Assembly (NCBI GenBank): GCA_004764695.1
Contig: SMSO01000034.1
Coordinates: 4,464,001-4,528,000, forward strand
From: Schizochytrium sp. TIO01
Taxonomy: Eukaryota; Protista; Bigyra: Labyrinthulomycetes
Reading direction: 5' to 3'
DNA length: 64,000 bases
Position numbers and translations under genes: made by a program. The notes under the pieces are model-generated. The model searched no databases. It was not told where the DNA came from and saw nothing but the letters and a program-made list of their open reading frames with translations. Each line of letters begins with the position of its first letter. Within the stretch, counting starts at the first letter, position 1. This document shows positions 55,879-64,000 of this stretch, in pieces.

Positions 55879-56697
55879 TTTGCGTTCTTTGCCAAACTAA
55901 TCTAGACCTTGATTTGCAAATTTGGGAGTGAAATCCTATTAAATCTAAGTTAACTCGAAGCAAAGCCGTGTGGACGTAAGCGTTGCACAAATGAGATTAG
56001 ATTGTCAAAAAATCCAACTCTTCAAGCGCTGAGTTCTTTGAACTAGATCAAGGTAAAGTGGCCAAGAGCCCCAGGCCTTTATCTGAAACGCAGGAAAGCT
56101 GCTACACTGAAGGAGATTGACTCCAGCCTCTTTTACGAATAGCGGATTAGATTTACAACGAGCGTCTGTGGCAAAGCCGTCGACCCGCTCGATGAAATGA
56201 AAAGAAATGAATCCCTGTCGCCGTTGGCGATCTGCTCGCGCGCGCAGACGGGATCTCGGGAGCGCCCCAGGAGCAATTTCAAGGCTCGGCTCTGGGACCT
56301 GTGCCACAGGCAAACCAGCCCGCAGCACTCGCGCGCTGCGATGGAGGTCTGTCGACGCTCCTCCGCGCGCCAAGCAGACGACCTCTCTTTTGCTGTTGCT
56401 AGCTTGCTCTAAAACACCTTGAGCGAGGCGACTTTGATTCAGTTTTAGGTACCTTAATTTACTCATTTTTAAAGGGTATATGATGATGTAACTACCGTTA
56501 GCTTAAGGTGTATGGTCAATGAACGATGATATCCTCGGATATGAGTTTTGCAGCTCTTTTGGCGATAAAATAGGATCCGTTTGAAAAAATTAGATAAATT
56601 AGAGATCGTCGATTTGCGCGGAAAGTTTTGCGGAATGTAGATAGTGGAGCAGAACGGCTTGCTTGTGGAGAAGTGAGAAGTGGAACTTGAGACGGCG

Positions 56698-58173
56698 ATG
56701 GGGGACAAAGAAGGCTGGGAAAAGGACTTTGAGAACACGAAGGCCTCTGCTGATTCTGGTAGTGCTACAGCTGGAGATAATGGGGATGACGAGACAAAAT
56801 CTGACCTTGACCATCTTGGACTCGAGGATGCCAATACGCAGGAGTCCACAAAATTTGGCTTAGGAGAACTCAAGGCTGCGCAAGGCATCGTGAATAAGAT
56901 ATTTGGAATTCACGAAGTCCCTGCACTGTTCAAAATCGAATCTGGGTCCGAGAATGTCAATGATGCCAAAAATCTTGAGATGATGGCAGCGCTTATCTTT
57001 CCAAGTGCGGATCAGAGGCCCTTGGGTATCCCAGGACTTCATAATTTAGGAAATTCGTGTTTTATCAATGCACTTCTACAAGCGATGGCTTCCTGTAGAC
57101 CTGTAGTTCAATATGTCCACGCTACGGCAGAAGTTTGTGCTCAAGCTGGAGATCAATCTCCACGCGCTGCAATGGTATCGCGGCTCTCTAAGGTGCTGGA
57201 GGAACTCCTTCCTCGGTCTTGCGAGGTCTCGCCGCCCACGATGAACATTCAAGACCTTCGATACCGACTCCTCGGGCTATCACCTGCCTTTAGGTATAGT
57301 GAGCAGCAACAAGACGCAGATGAACTTCTTCACCTGGTGCTCGATGCTATCGACACAGCTCGTTTAGAAGTGAAGAAATACATGAGAAAAGTCCATGCTG
57401 GATTGGAGGTTTTTGCTCGGGTTGGAAACTCAGATCCAACATCTTCGAGATTGTTTGATTCTCACTGTCATTCAAGTATCTTTGAGAGCTCGAATCCACT
57501 TCACGGTTCGATTATGAACCAAATGATGTGCTCGAGTTGTGGATCTATATCACCTTTACGGGCGTCTACGATGCACGTGTTACCTCTTCCACTAATCCAA
57601 CCCCAGACAGGAGCCATTCTGCCTTCGTTAGAAGAGGCGTTGAGGGCCTTTGTAACTCAAGAGACAGTAGAAGGAGTAGAATGTTTTGGCCTCTGCAATA
57701 AGCAACGGCGTGCAATGTTTAGAAGGGCTTCGCTAGGAAGAATGCCTCCTGTCCTCTGCTTGCATTTAGGTCGGCGTCACTTTAGCATGAGCATGGGCCG
57801 AATCGTAAAGCTCACGCACCACGTTGCCTTTCCTGAAGTCTGTGACTTCTCTAACTTTGCCTTTCACAAGAACGAGCTGCAACGAGGATTGCTGGCAAAC
57901 TTCCCTGTATTACAAAGTTCTCGTTCGAAGTCCGAGTTGCCCACCTCCCCTGAGTACTTTTCTCACGGCGCCTCCTCAACTTACGAGCTATGCGCTGTGA
58001 TTGTTCATCACGGAAGTGCGGAGGGTGGGCACTTTACTGCCTTTCGACGTCTCGGCAATTCTACCTGGGTTCATGTTTCAGATGCACGTGTGTTCAGGGT
58101 TAGCCTGGCCACTGTACTACGGACAGAAGCCTATATGTTGTTCTATGTACGTCGCGATAATGCAATTGTATAA
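56698..58173 (+). CDS. Ubiquitin-specific protease (C19; USP30-like)
   Basis: Cys box GLHNLGNSCFINALLQAM, QQDADE, CxxC, His box YELCAVIVHHGSAEGGHFTAFR, WVHVSD, AYMLFY. Confidence 0.93.
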   Translation: MGDKEGWEKDFENTKASADSGSATAGDNGDDETKSDLDHLGLEDANTQESTKFGLGELKAAQGIVNKIFGIHEVPALFKIESGSENVNDAKNLEMMAALIFPSADQRPLGIPGLHNLGNSCFINALLQAMASCRPVVQYVHATAEVCAQAGDQSPRAAMVSRLSKVLEELLPRSCEVSPPTMNIQDLRYRLLGLSPAFRYSEQQQDADELLHLVLDAIDTARLEVKKYMRKVHAGLEVFARVGNSDPTSSRLFDSHCHSSIFESSNPLHGSIMNQMMCSSCGSISPLRASTMHVLPLPLIQPQTGAILPSLEEALRAFVTQETVEGVECFGLCNKQRRAMFRRASLGRMPPVLCLHLGRRHFSMSMGRIVKLTHHVAFPEVCDFSNFAFHKNELQRGLLANFPVLQSSRSKSELPTSPEYFSHGASSTYELCAVIVHHGSAEGGHFTAFRRLGNSTWVHVSDARVFRVSLATVLRTEAYMLFYVRRDNAIV

Positions 58174-58547
58174 TAATATAGTATTAATCTTTATTGATGG
58201 AATTCAAATATTGACTTGCTGTTCTTTGCTCCAGAGAAGGAAAAGGAAATGAGAAAAGCTTGTTTGGCTGTCCTCAAAAGACTTTTATCTTTTGGTTCTT
58301 CTACTTGACAAATTTATACTCGAAGTTCATATATCTAAAGCAAGCTTTCTTCTGACTCTACTCAAATTAATGTAGTTTAAGCACCAACTGTTCTTTGCAA
58401 ATATTACAGTAAACAAATTCGTGTTAGTACAGATGTACTTGAGAAAGGTTGAGGCATGGAGAAAGCAAATGTGCGCAGCTAGAAGTAAAACAAAAGAAAT
58501 TAGTTTGTGAATTGTGGTTGTACAGGGCTCTAATTAAATTGTCGTGA

Positions 58548-59867
58548 TTACTCTTCCTCTTCGCCGTTGTTTGCCTCGGCAGCGCTTGGGTCTTCGATAA
58601 CATCGTCCTGTTCCTTGAATTGAGCACCAGCAAACTCTTTCTGCAGGGGAGGGGGCATAGGAGGCGTGTATGGTGCCTCTGTTTTCGCAATACCGTAGCC
58701 CACATAGATGTTGGACCAAGACTTTGACGCAGTGGACGCCACAGCAAATGCACCGGGCCAAGCAGACGAACGCAGCACAGCATGGGCGTGCTTAAGGCCA
58801 GGCATCGTACGTGGGTAGGCACGTGCATCCCATTCTTCAGATACGACCTCGCGAACCCACTGAAGCTCCCAGCCTTCAGGCTTCGAAACCACATTTCCCT
58901 CCTCGTCCTCAGACTCCACGGGGCGTACACGTCCAAGGCTGCTGAATGCAGGCCCGTAGACCTCCCACGCGCTGGGGTCGAGAAGATCGGCGGCATCAGG
59001 CATTACAAATTCCTCTGCAACATCCATAGAATCGCCTTCCTCGCTAACTGCAAAGTATCCCTTCGGAGCTACAGCACAGGATTCGTTAACAAGAGCAATA
59101 AGAGCTCGCACGTATGCTCGCTCGGGGCCCGGGAATGCAGGGTATCCCAACACGGGAGCATTAAGATCTCCGGACAAAAACCGTCTGATCTGCCTGGCAC
59201 AAATGATGGCCTCAGGACGCAGTGGACCAAGGCGAGTCCATGGACCCCCAGGGTATGAGCAGACCCAGTAGGTGTGCTTATTAGCCTCCGCCTCGGCAGG
59301 CTCAACGTCCTCTGCTTCTTCGTCCTGGGCTCCTCCAGTGCCCTGTGCAACATAGTAGTCGCCTTTACGACCAAGAAGCTTACCCCACAGGCGAAGTGTC
59401 TGAATGGACTCATCTGCACCAGCAAGTCTTGCCAAAGAAAGCTGCAACTTGAAAAGGTCCTCCGGAGACATTTGAATGCCTGCAGCCCGCCAAGCGTTAT
59501 ATTCTTGGTCTAAATTAATGAGAACCTCAGCACGGGGTGCTGCCATAGGCTCGTCAACCTCCTTAGACTCTCCGTCTTCCCCTTCTGCTTCTGCATCTCC
59601 CTCTGCAGGTGCAGGGTCACGGTAGAGCTTGGAAAGCAACTTGCAATGCGCCGCAACCAATTCTCGTTGCGCCTGGGTAGATTCACCAGCAGTACCACTA
59701 GACAGCCGCCCTGCCTTGACGCTCGCCGAGAGCTGCTCAAATACATCGAGAGCATTTTCAGGCTGCTCGCTAATCACCTTGAGCAGCACATCTGCAATGT
59801 GATCAAAAAGATTGGAGCCATCATGGTCTTTCAACAAATACGCCTTAGCACTCTCGTAGTCCGTCAT
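58548..59867 (-). CDS. RSPH4: Flagellar radial spoke head protein 4/6 (RSP4/RSPH4A-like)
   Basis: AKAYLLK..NLFDHIADVL, LRLWGKLLGRKGDYYVA, NKHTYWV, WTRL, ARQIRRFLSGDLNAPV.YP.FPG.E, VLRSSAWPGAFA, NIYVGYG, YTPPMPP. Confidence 0.93.
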   Translation of the reverse strand: MTDYESAKAYLLKDHDGSNLFDHIADVLLKVISEQPENALDVFEQLSASVKAGRLSSGTAGESTQAQRELVAAHCKLLSKLYRDPAPAEGDAEAEGEDGESKEVDEPMAAPRAEVLINLDQEYNAWRAAGIQMSPEDLFKLQLSLARLAGADESIQTLRLWGKLLGRKGDYYVAQGTGGAQDEEAEDVEPAEAEANKHTYWVCSYPGGPWTRLGPLRPEAIICARQIRRFLSGDLNAPVLGYPAFPGPERAYVRALIALVNESCAVAPKGYFAVSEEGDSMDVAEEFVMPDAADLLDPSAWEVYGPAFSSLGRVRPVESEDEEGNVVSKPEGWELQWVREVVSEEWDARAYPRTMPGLKHAHAVLRSSAWPGAFAVASTASKSWSNIYVGYGIAKTEAPYTPPMPPPLQKEFAGAQFKEQDDVIEDPSAAEANNGEEEE

Positions 59868-59877
59868 GGTTGCAGAC

Positions 59878-59939
59878 CTACAGAGCACTCGTAGCCAAGT
59901 AAGCGCAGTGCGCCGTGCACTCGATTCCTTTCTACTTAC
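59878..59939 (-). other. Putative 62-nt 5' UTR intron of RSP4/6
   Basis: Minus strand GTAAGT...GCTTAC...CTCTGTAG, ending 10 nt before the ATG. Confidence 0.5.
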
Positions 59940-61008
59940 TTGCTGGTGAACAACGCTACCCTAGCCTTGACAGTTGCAGCGTCTGACCAACCAAAGACGG
60001 CCTTGACGCGCTCCAGAACTGCAACAAAGTAAGCCGACGGATTAAGGGCAACAACTCCACTTGCTTACCACTTCTCGTGTATATATTAAACGAGCTATTT
60101 TCTTGAGTTTATGTTAGTTCCCGGTACCAAATAAAAAGTCTCAACTCATGCAAACAAGGACTTGTAAATGCTCTGCATGCGGAAGAATACCTTCTATTTG
60201 ACAGTAGTGATTTATTCAATAAGTAAGCAAGCATGCTCCTCCTATCCTCTTATAATTCACTTACAAAAGCTCTATAGGTCTACTCACGAGAGTCAATACA
60301 ACAAAGAACTCGTTCGCCTACCACGTCTACAGAATGCATGGGTGGCGTGCTCAAATATCACTTGATAAGACAAAGGAAACCCAACGGTCACCTCGTGCTT
60401 GTATTCTTTGCTATTTTTTTTTCTTCTCTTTTTTATTGCAACGGATAAATACTAACAGTAGAACGAGGTGTGTACCAAAGTTGCTGATGTGTGTTTTCTG
60501 CTGTGCGTGAAAACCTGCATCCATATCTTTCCAGCCAGAGAAAGCTTCGCCTTGACCAGGGGGTTTATGCTTTGGCATTTACGCACTGCCGAAAGAAGCA
60601 CAGATGTGTGAGCTCAATACCAGTACGTAATTAGAAATAGGTTAGCATATCTTTCAATTGAAAAAAAAAGAGAACCAAACTATTGTAGAGCAGTACTTTA
60701 CCTTTGTTAGGCGTTAATAAGAACTAAGCTAGTCCGCGCGAGAATTGCAGCGCGGGGGAACTTTAGTTTGCACTATTGTGTCGTATTTAGAACGTGGGTA
60801 GAGAATATAAAAGCGTGGAATTGGAGCTTCTTGGAGCTTGCAAATCGAGAGGTGAGCGTGGGTGCGGTGTGCTAGCCTGCAGCGCCCTTGACGTCTGCAG
60901 CTGGGGCAGAGCGTCCAGTGGCAGGCAATCTAGGTCTTTGAAAAGTACGAGTTCTCTTCGCAAAAGGAGCAACTAATAGTTAGGTTTCAAAGTAGACCTC
61001 GAAGAGAA

Positions 61009-63534
61009 ATGCGCGTCTTCATCGAGGGTCTGGATGGCTACGTTGGCAAGGCCGTCCAGCAGCTCTTGCAGAAAGACGACGCTGCAAAGCGTGCAGAACT
61101 TGAGGGTGGTGACGAAAGTATCGAGACGCTAGAGATTGTTGGCTCTGTGAAATATGATCTTGCCAATAACCTGGTTCCTGAGGGGGTAACCGAAGCGATA
61201 AGTAGACAAAATCTTGACGCAGTTTGTGAGCTTGCACGTTCTGCTGATGCAATCGTTCTCGATACTCATGAGTCTGTATTGGAGGCATCAGCTATTGTCA
61301 AGGCCATGAAGAAGCCTTTCCAAGGCAGCAAATCAATTGTTCTGGTCTCAACTCTTCTTACCTGGGATAATACGCCACGGAGTGTTGCTGAGAGCGCTAG
61401 TGAAAACAAAGCTGGTGACGAAGAGGAAGAAGAAGGCGGAGCTGCTCCGATTATTTTTTCTGAAGCTAATTTCACACAACGTAAGCCATCTCCAGCGCAT
61501 CTCTTGCACAAAACACTCGAATCTCAAGTTCTTGCACTTTCCCATGAGATGCTTTCAACCACTGTGCTTGCATCTGGTCTTCTCTACGGTAATGAACAGG
61601 GCCCCTTTCATGAATTCTTCCGCGAGGCTTGGCTAGGTCGGCGATTTGTGCTTCCGGACATTAATGATGCATGCTCCAATATAGTCCCTACTGTTCACGT
61701 TCTTGATCTTGCCCGTGCCACATGCTCAGCTTTGACAGCCCCCCCCGCTCAACAGTACGTTGTAGTTGCAGACGCTTCCCAGGAATCAGTGACAGATATC
61801 GTATCTGCCATCTTCTCTGTGATGCAGCCTCATCCAGAGCTTGCTCTTCTTGAGGATAGTGTGCCTCCCGAGGATGAGGATGAGGAAGCCCTCAAGGAAC
61901 GAATGTCTCGATGGAAGGAGTATAAGTCGAAGCCGACATTTGCATCTATTGAAGAATCTGATGAAATGCTTGTGAGCAACCCAGCCTGGTCTATGCTGCA
62001 ATGCTCTTTGCGCTTTGACACCTCCGAGAGTACGGTGCAGGAACTAGTTCCAGAGTGGCACTGCCGTGAAGGTCAGATCGAAAACATAATGCGTGTAGCA
62101 CAGGAATTTCGTGCATCGCGAGACCTTCGCCCTTTGCGTGTTGTTTTAACTGGACCTCCTGCAACAGGCAAGACAACCCTTGCAGCGAAATTAGCGAAGG
62201 AATATTGTCTACCTGTTGTGACTCTAGAGTCAGCAACCCAGGAGATGCTTGCAAGTTTGCATAAAATTCGTACAGATCGTGAAGCTGCTGTACTAGCGTA
62301 TGATGAGGAGAAGGCCCGACAAAAGGCAATTCGGGAGGCAGAAGCAAAAATGAACGAGTCAAAGGGCGAAGACAACGATGACGAGGCCAAGGATCCCGAA
62401 GATGAGGAAAGTCCTGAGGATGACCCCGATCGACAGGCATTTTTCCGAAAGACGGCCCTGGAAATTCTTTTGGAAAAGTTCGAGAAGTGCATCAGAATCA
62501 AGGGCGAGCTCTCAAACAAGCTTGCGGCTCGTGTCCTTCGTGCAAAGCTACTGTCCGCACCGTGCCTGAACCAGGGATATGTTCTTGATGAATTTGATCA
62601 AACCTACTTTATGCTACGGTCTATTTTTGAGATGTCGGCAACAGCAGTGCCTGTCCCTGACGAGGAGGACGTTCCTGCAGCTGAGGACGGTGAAGAGGTT
62701 GACCCAGACTTTGAAAATGCAGATGACAATCCTCGTGCAGGGACAAGCTCGGAAGAAGGTGAAGAGGGTGGAGAGGACCAGGACGCGCTGTCAGAAATTG
62801 TGATTGATCCCCGTATTGTTCCAACTGGTGTGGTGTCCTTGGAAGCCGAGGACGAGGCTTTGCGTGCAATTGCAATGGCCTCTTCGACCATGGATGAGAC
62901 AAGTTTCGAATCTCTCCTGGCTCGTTTCCGCGAGCATAGCTCAGAGGATGTCAGCAAGACCCCATTGAATTTCCTGGAAGGTAACTGCAAGCTCGAGACG
63001 CTCTTGTTGCGTGTCGACCTTCCTCAGAGCTCAGACTTTGCTTCTGCAGAACAGAAACACGCCGAAACAGAGAGCAAGATATCTGAGGAGAAATCCGACA
63101 AATCCGTTGCGATGGAGCTTCCAGTCGTCAACTTTGACGCTGTCGGTATGTATGTTGAGCGTGGTGGACGTCCGCAGAACTATCGTCCTACTGCTGAGGA
63201 GCGTGCAACTGCACTCGCACAAGAGAAGGCCAACCAATTGGCTGCAGAAGAGGAAGCACGCCGGGATCGCATGGACTCTGAGAAGCAGCGCCGATACGAG
63301 GAGGAAGATCGTCACAAAGCTCTTGATGCCAATCGTAAGCACGCACTCGAACATGAGGAGGCTCTTCTTAAGGCACGTGCTGAGCCCTTGCACAACTATC
63401 TTATGGAACATGTCATGCCAACTCTCTCAAGAGGCCTCATCGAGACCTGCCGGATACAGCCTGACGACCCTGTAGACTTCCTCGCTGAATACCTCTTTAA
63501 AAATAGTGGCGAGTCTGAATCCCAGATTCCCTAA
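61009..63534 (+). CDS. AK7: Adenylate kinase 7 (NAD-binding-like N-domain, P-loop kinase, coiled coil, Dpy-30 motif)
   Basis: MRVFI..DGYVG, VLVSTLLTW, RKPSP, ASGLLYG, FFREAW, NIVPTVHVLDLA, LRPLRVVLTGPPATGKTT, CLNQGYVLD, PLHNYLMEHVMPTLSRGLIETCRIQPDDPVDFLAEYLFKN. Confidence 0.95.
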   Translation: MRVFIEGLDGYVGKAVQQLLQKDDAAKRAELEGGDESIETLEIVGSVKYDLANNLVPEGVTEAISRQNLDAVCELARSADAIVLDTHESVLEASAIVKAMKKPFQGSKSIVLVSTLLTWDNTPRSVAESASENKAGDEEEEEGGAAPIIFSEANFTQRKPSPAHLLHKTLESQVLALSHEMLSTTVLASGLLYGNEQGPFHEFFREAWLGRRFVLPDINDACSNIVPTVHVLDLARATCSALTAPPAQQYVVVADASQESVTDIVSAIFSVMQPHPELALLEDSVPPEDEDEEALKERMSRWKEYKSKPTFASIEESDEMLVSNPAWSMLQCSLRFDTSESTVQELVPEWHCREGQIENIMRVAQEFRASRDLRPLRVVLTGPPATGKTTLAAKLAKEYCLPVVTLESATQEMLASLHKIRTDREAAVLAYDEEKARQKAIREAEAKMNESKGEDNDDEAKDPEDEESPEDDPDRQAFFRKTALEILLEKFEKCIRIKGELSNKLAARVLRAKLLSAPCLNQGYVLDEFDQTYFMLRSIFEMSATAVPVPDEEDVPAAEDGEEVDPDFENADDNPRAGTSSEEGEEGGEDQDALSEIVIDPRIVPTGVVSLEAEDEALRAIAMASSTMDETSFESLLARFREHSSEDVSKTPLNFLEGNCKLETLLLRVDLPQSSDFASAEQKHAETESKISEEKSDKSVAMELPVVNFDAVGMYVERGGRPQNYRPTAEERATALAQEKANQLAAEEEARRDRMDSEKQRRYEEEDRHKALDANRKHALEHEEALLKARAEPLHNYLMEHVMPTLSRGLIETCRIQPDDPVDFLAEYLFKNSGESESQIP

Positions 63535-64000
63535 TTGGACGAGATTTGCGAGCAGAGAGTAACCTATGCACTGCTCTGTCGTTCCCTCGCGTGCATTCGG
63601 TAAACCTTTATATACTTTTATCACTATAAATATAGACCATTTCTCTAGTTCTTGGCTACGTGCTAATGGACGCAAGCACGATTGGACAGTTGTTCTAAGT
63701 GTAACTTGACTTTTTCATGACTTATACCTCTTCTCCATGCCTCTGCGCAGGCGTTACAATGCACGAACTTCCAAGATCAACAGCCCACTCTCTATAAACA
63801 GTTCATTGCGTTCGCCTATTTAGACCGTCGACTTGCTGGTTTCTCTTGATTTAAACTAGGACCAAGAAGATGTAAATATTGATTTCTCAAACTAATTGAT
63901 ACCTATTATACGCGTGGTGGCCACGAGAGCACTAGATGGCACCATCACGCCTTTGTAACCCCAAGTTCCACATTCTTAGGTGTACTAGATACCTTACGTC

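Noticed and set aside
59890-61008. RFX X-box in the flagellar bidirectional promoter
   Set aside because: Only isolated GGCAAC/TGCAAC half-sites; no full palindrome.

Overview
Eukaryotic, gene-dense but intron-poor genomic DNA from a flagellated protist. Long single-exon CDSs, axonemal genes and microsatellite-packed intergenic DNA suggest a thraustochytrid/labyrinthulomycete stramenopile, which is an inference. Recognisable genes: phosphatidylserine decarboxylase, membrane-anchored acyl-CoA-binding protein, S28 serine peptidase, a half-length degenerate dynein heavy chain, a tandem-WW protein, APC6/CDC16, RPL13A, PEX1, a catalytically dead trypsin-like membrane protein, a CHD6-9-type remodeler, a USP deubiquitinase, radial spoke head RSP4/6 and adenylate kinase 7. 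There is also a low-complexity gene split into two ORFs at an ATGA overlap. Two gene-poor tracts lie at about 13-21 kb and 41.6-46 kb. The most unusual observations are: (1) RPL13A is flanked by long, nested, G-U-rich fold-back structures, about 520 nt upstream (sequestering a GTAAGT donor) and about 220 nt starting at the stop codon; (2) an intact 1906-aa dynein with no AAA1 P-loop and no C-terminal half; (3) a receptor-like pseudo-trypsin; (4) a fourfold repeated ~24-aa motif of no family I recognise; (5) a head-to-head RSP4/6-AK7 pair. All RNA structures were paired by eye, not computed. No tRNA, rRNA, CRISPR array or intact transposon was recognised.
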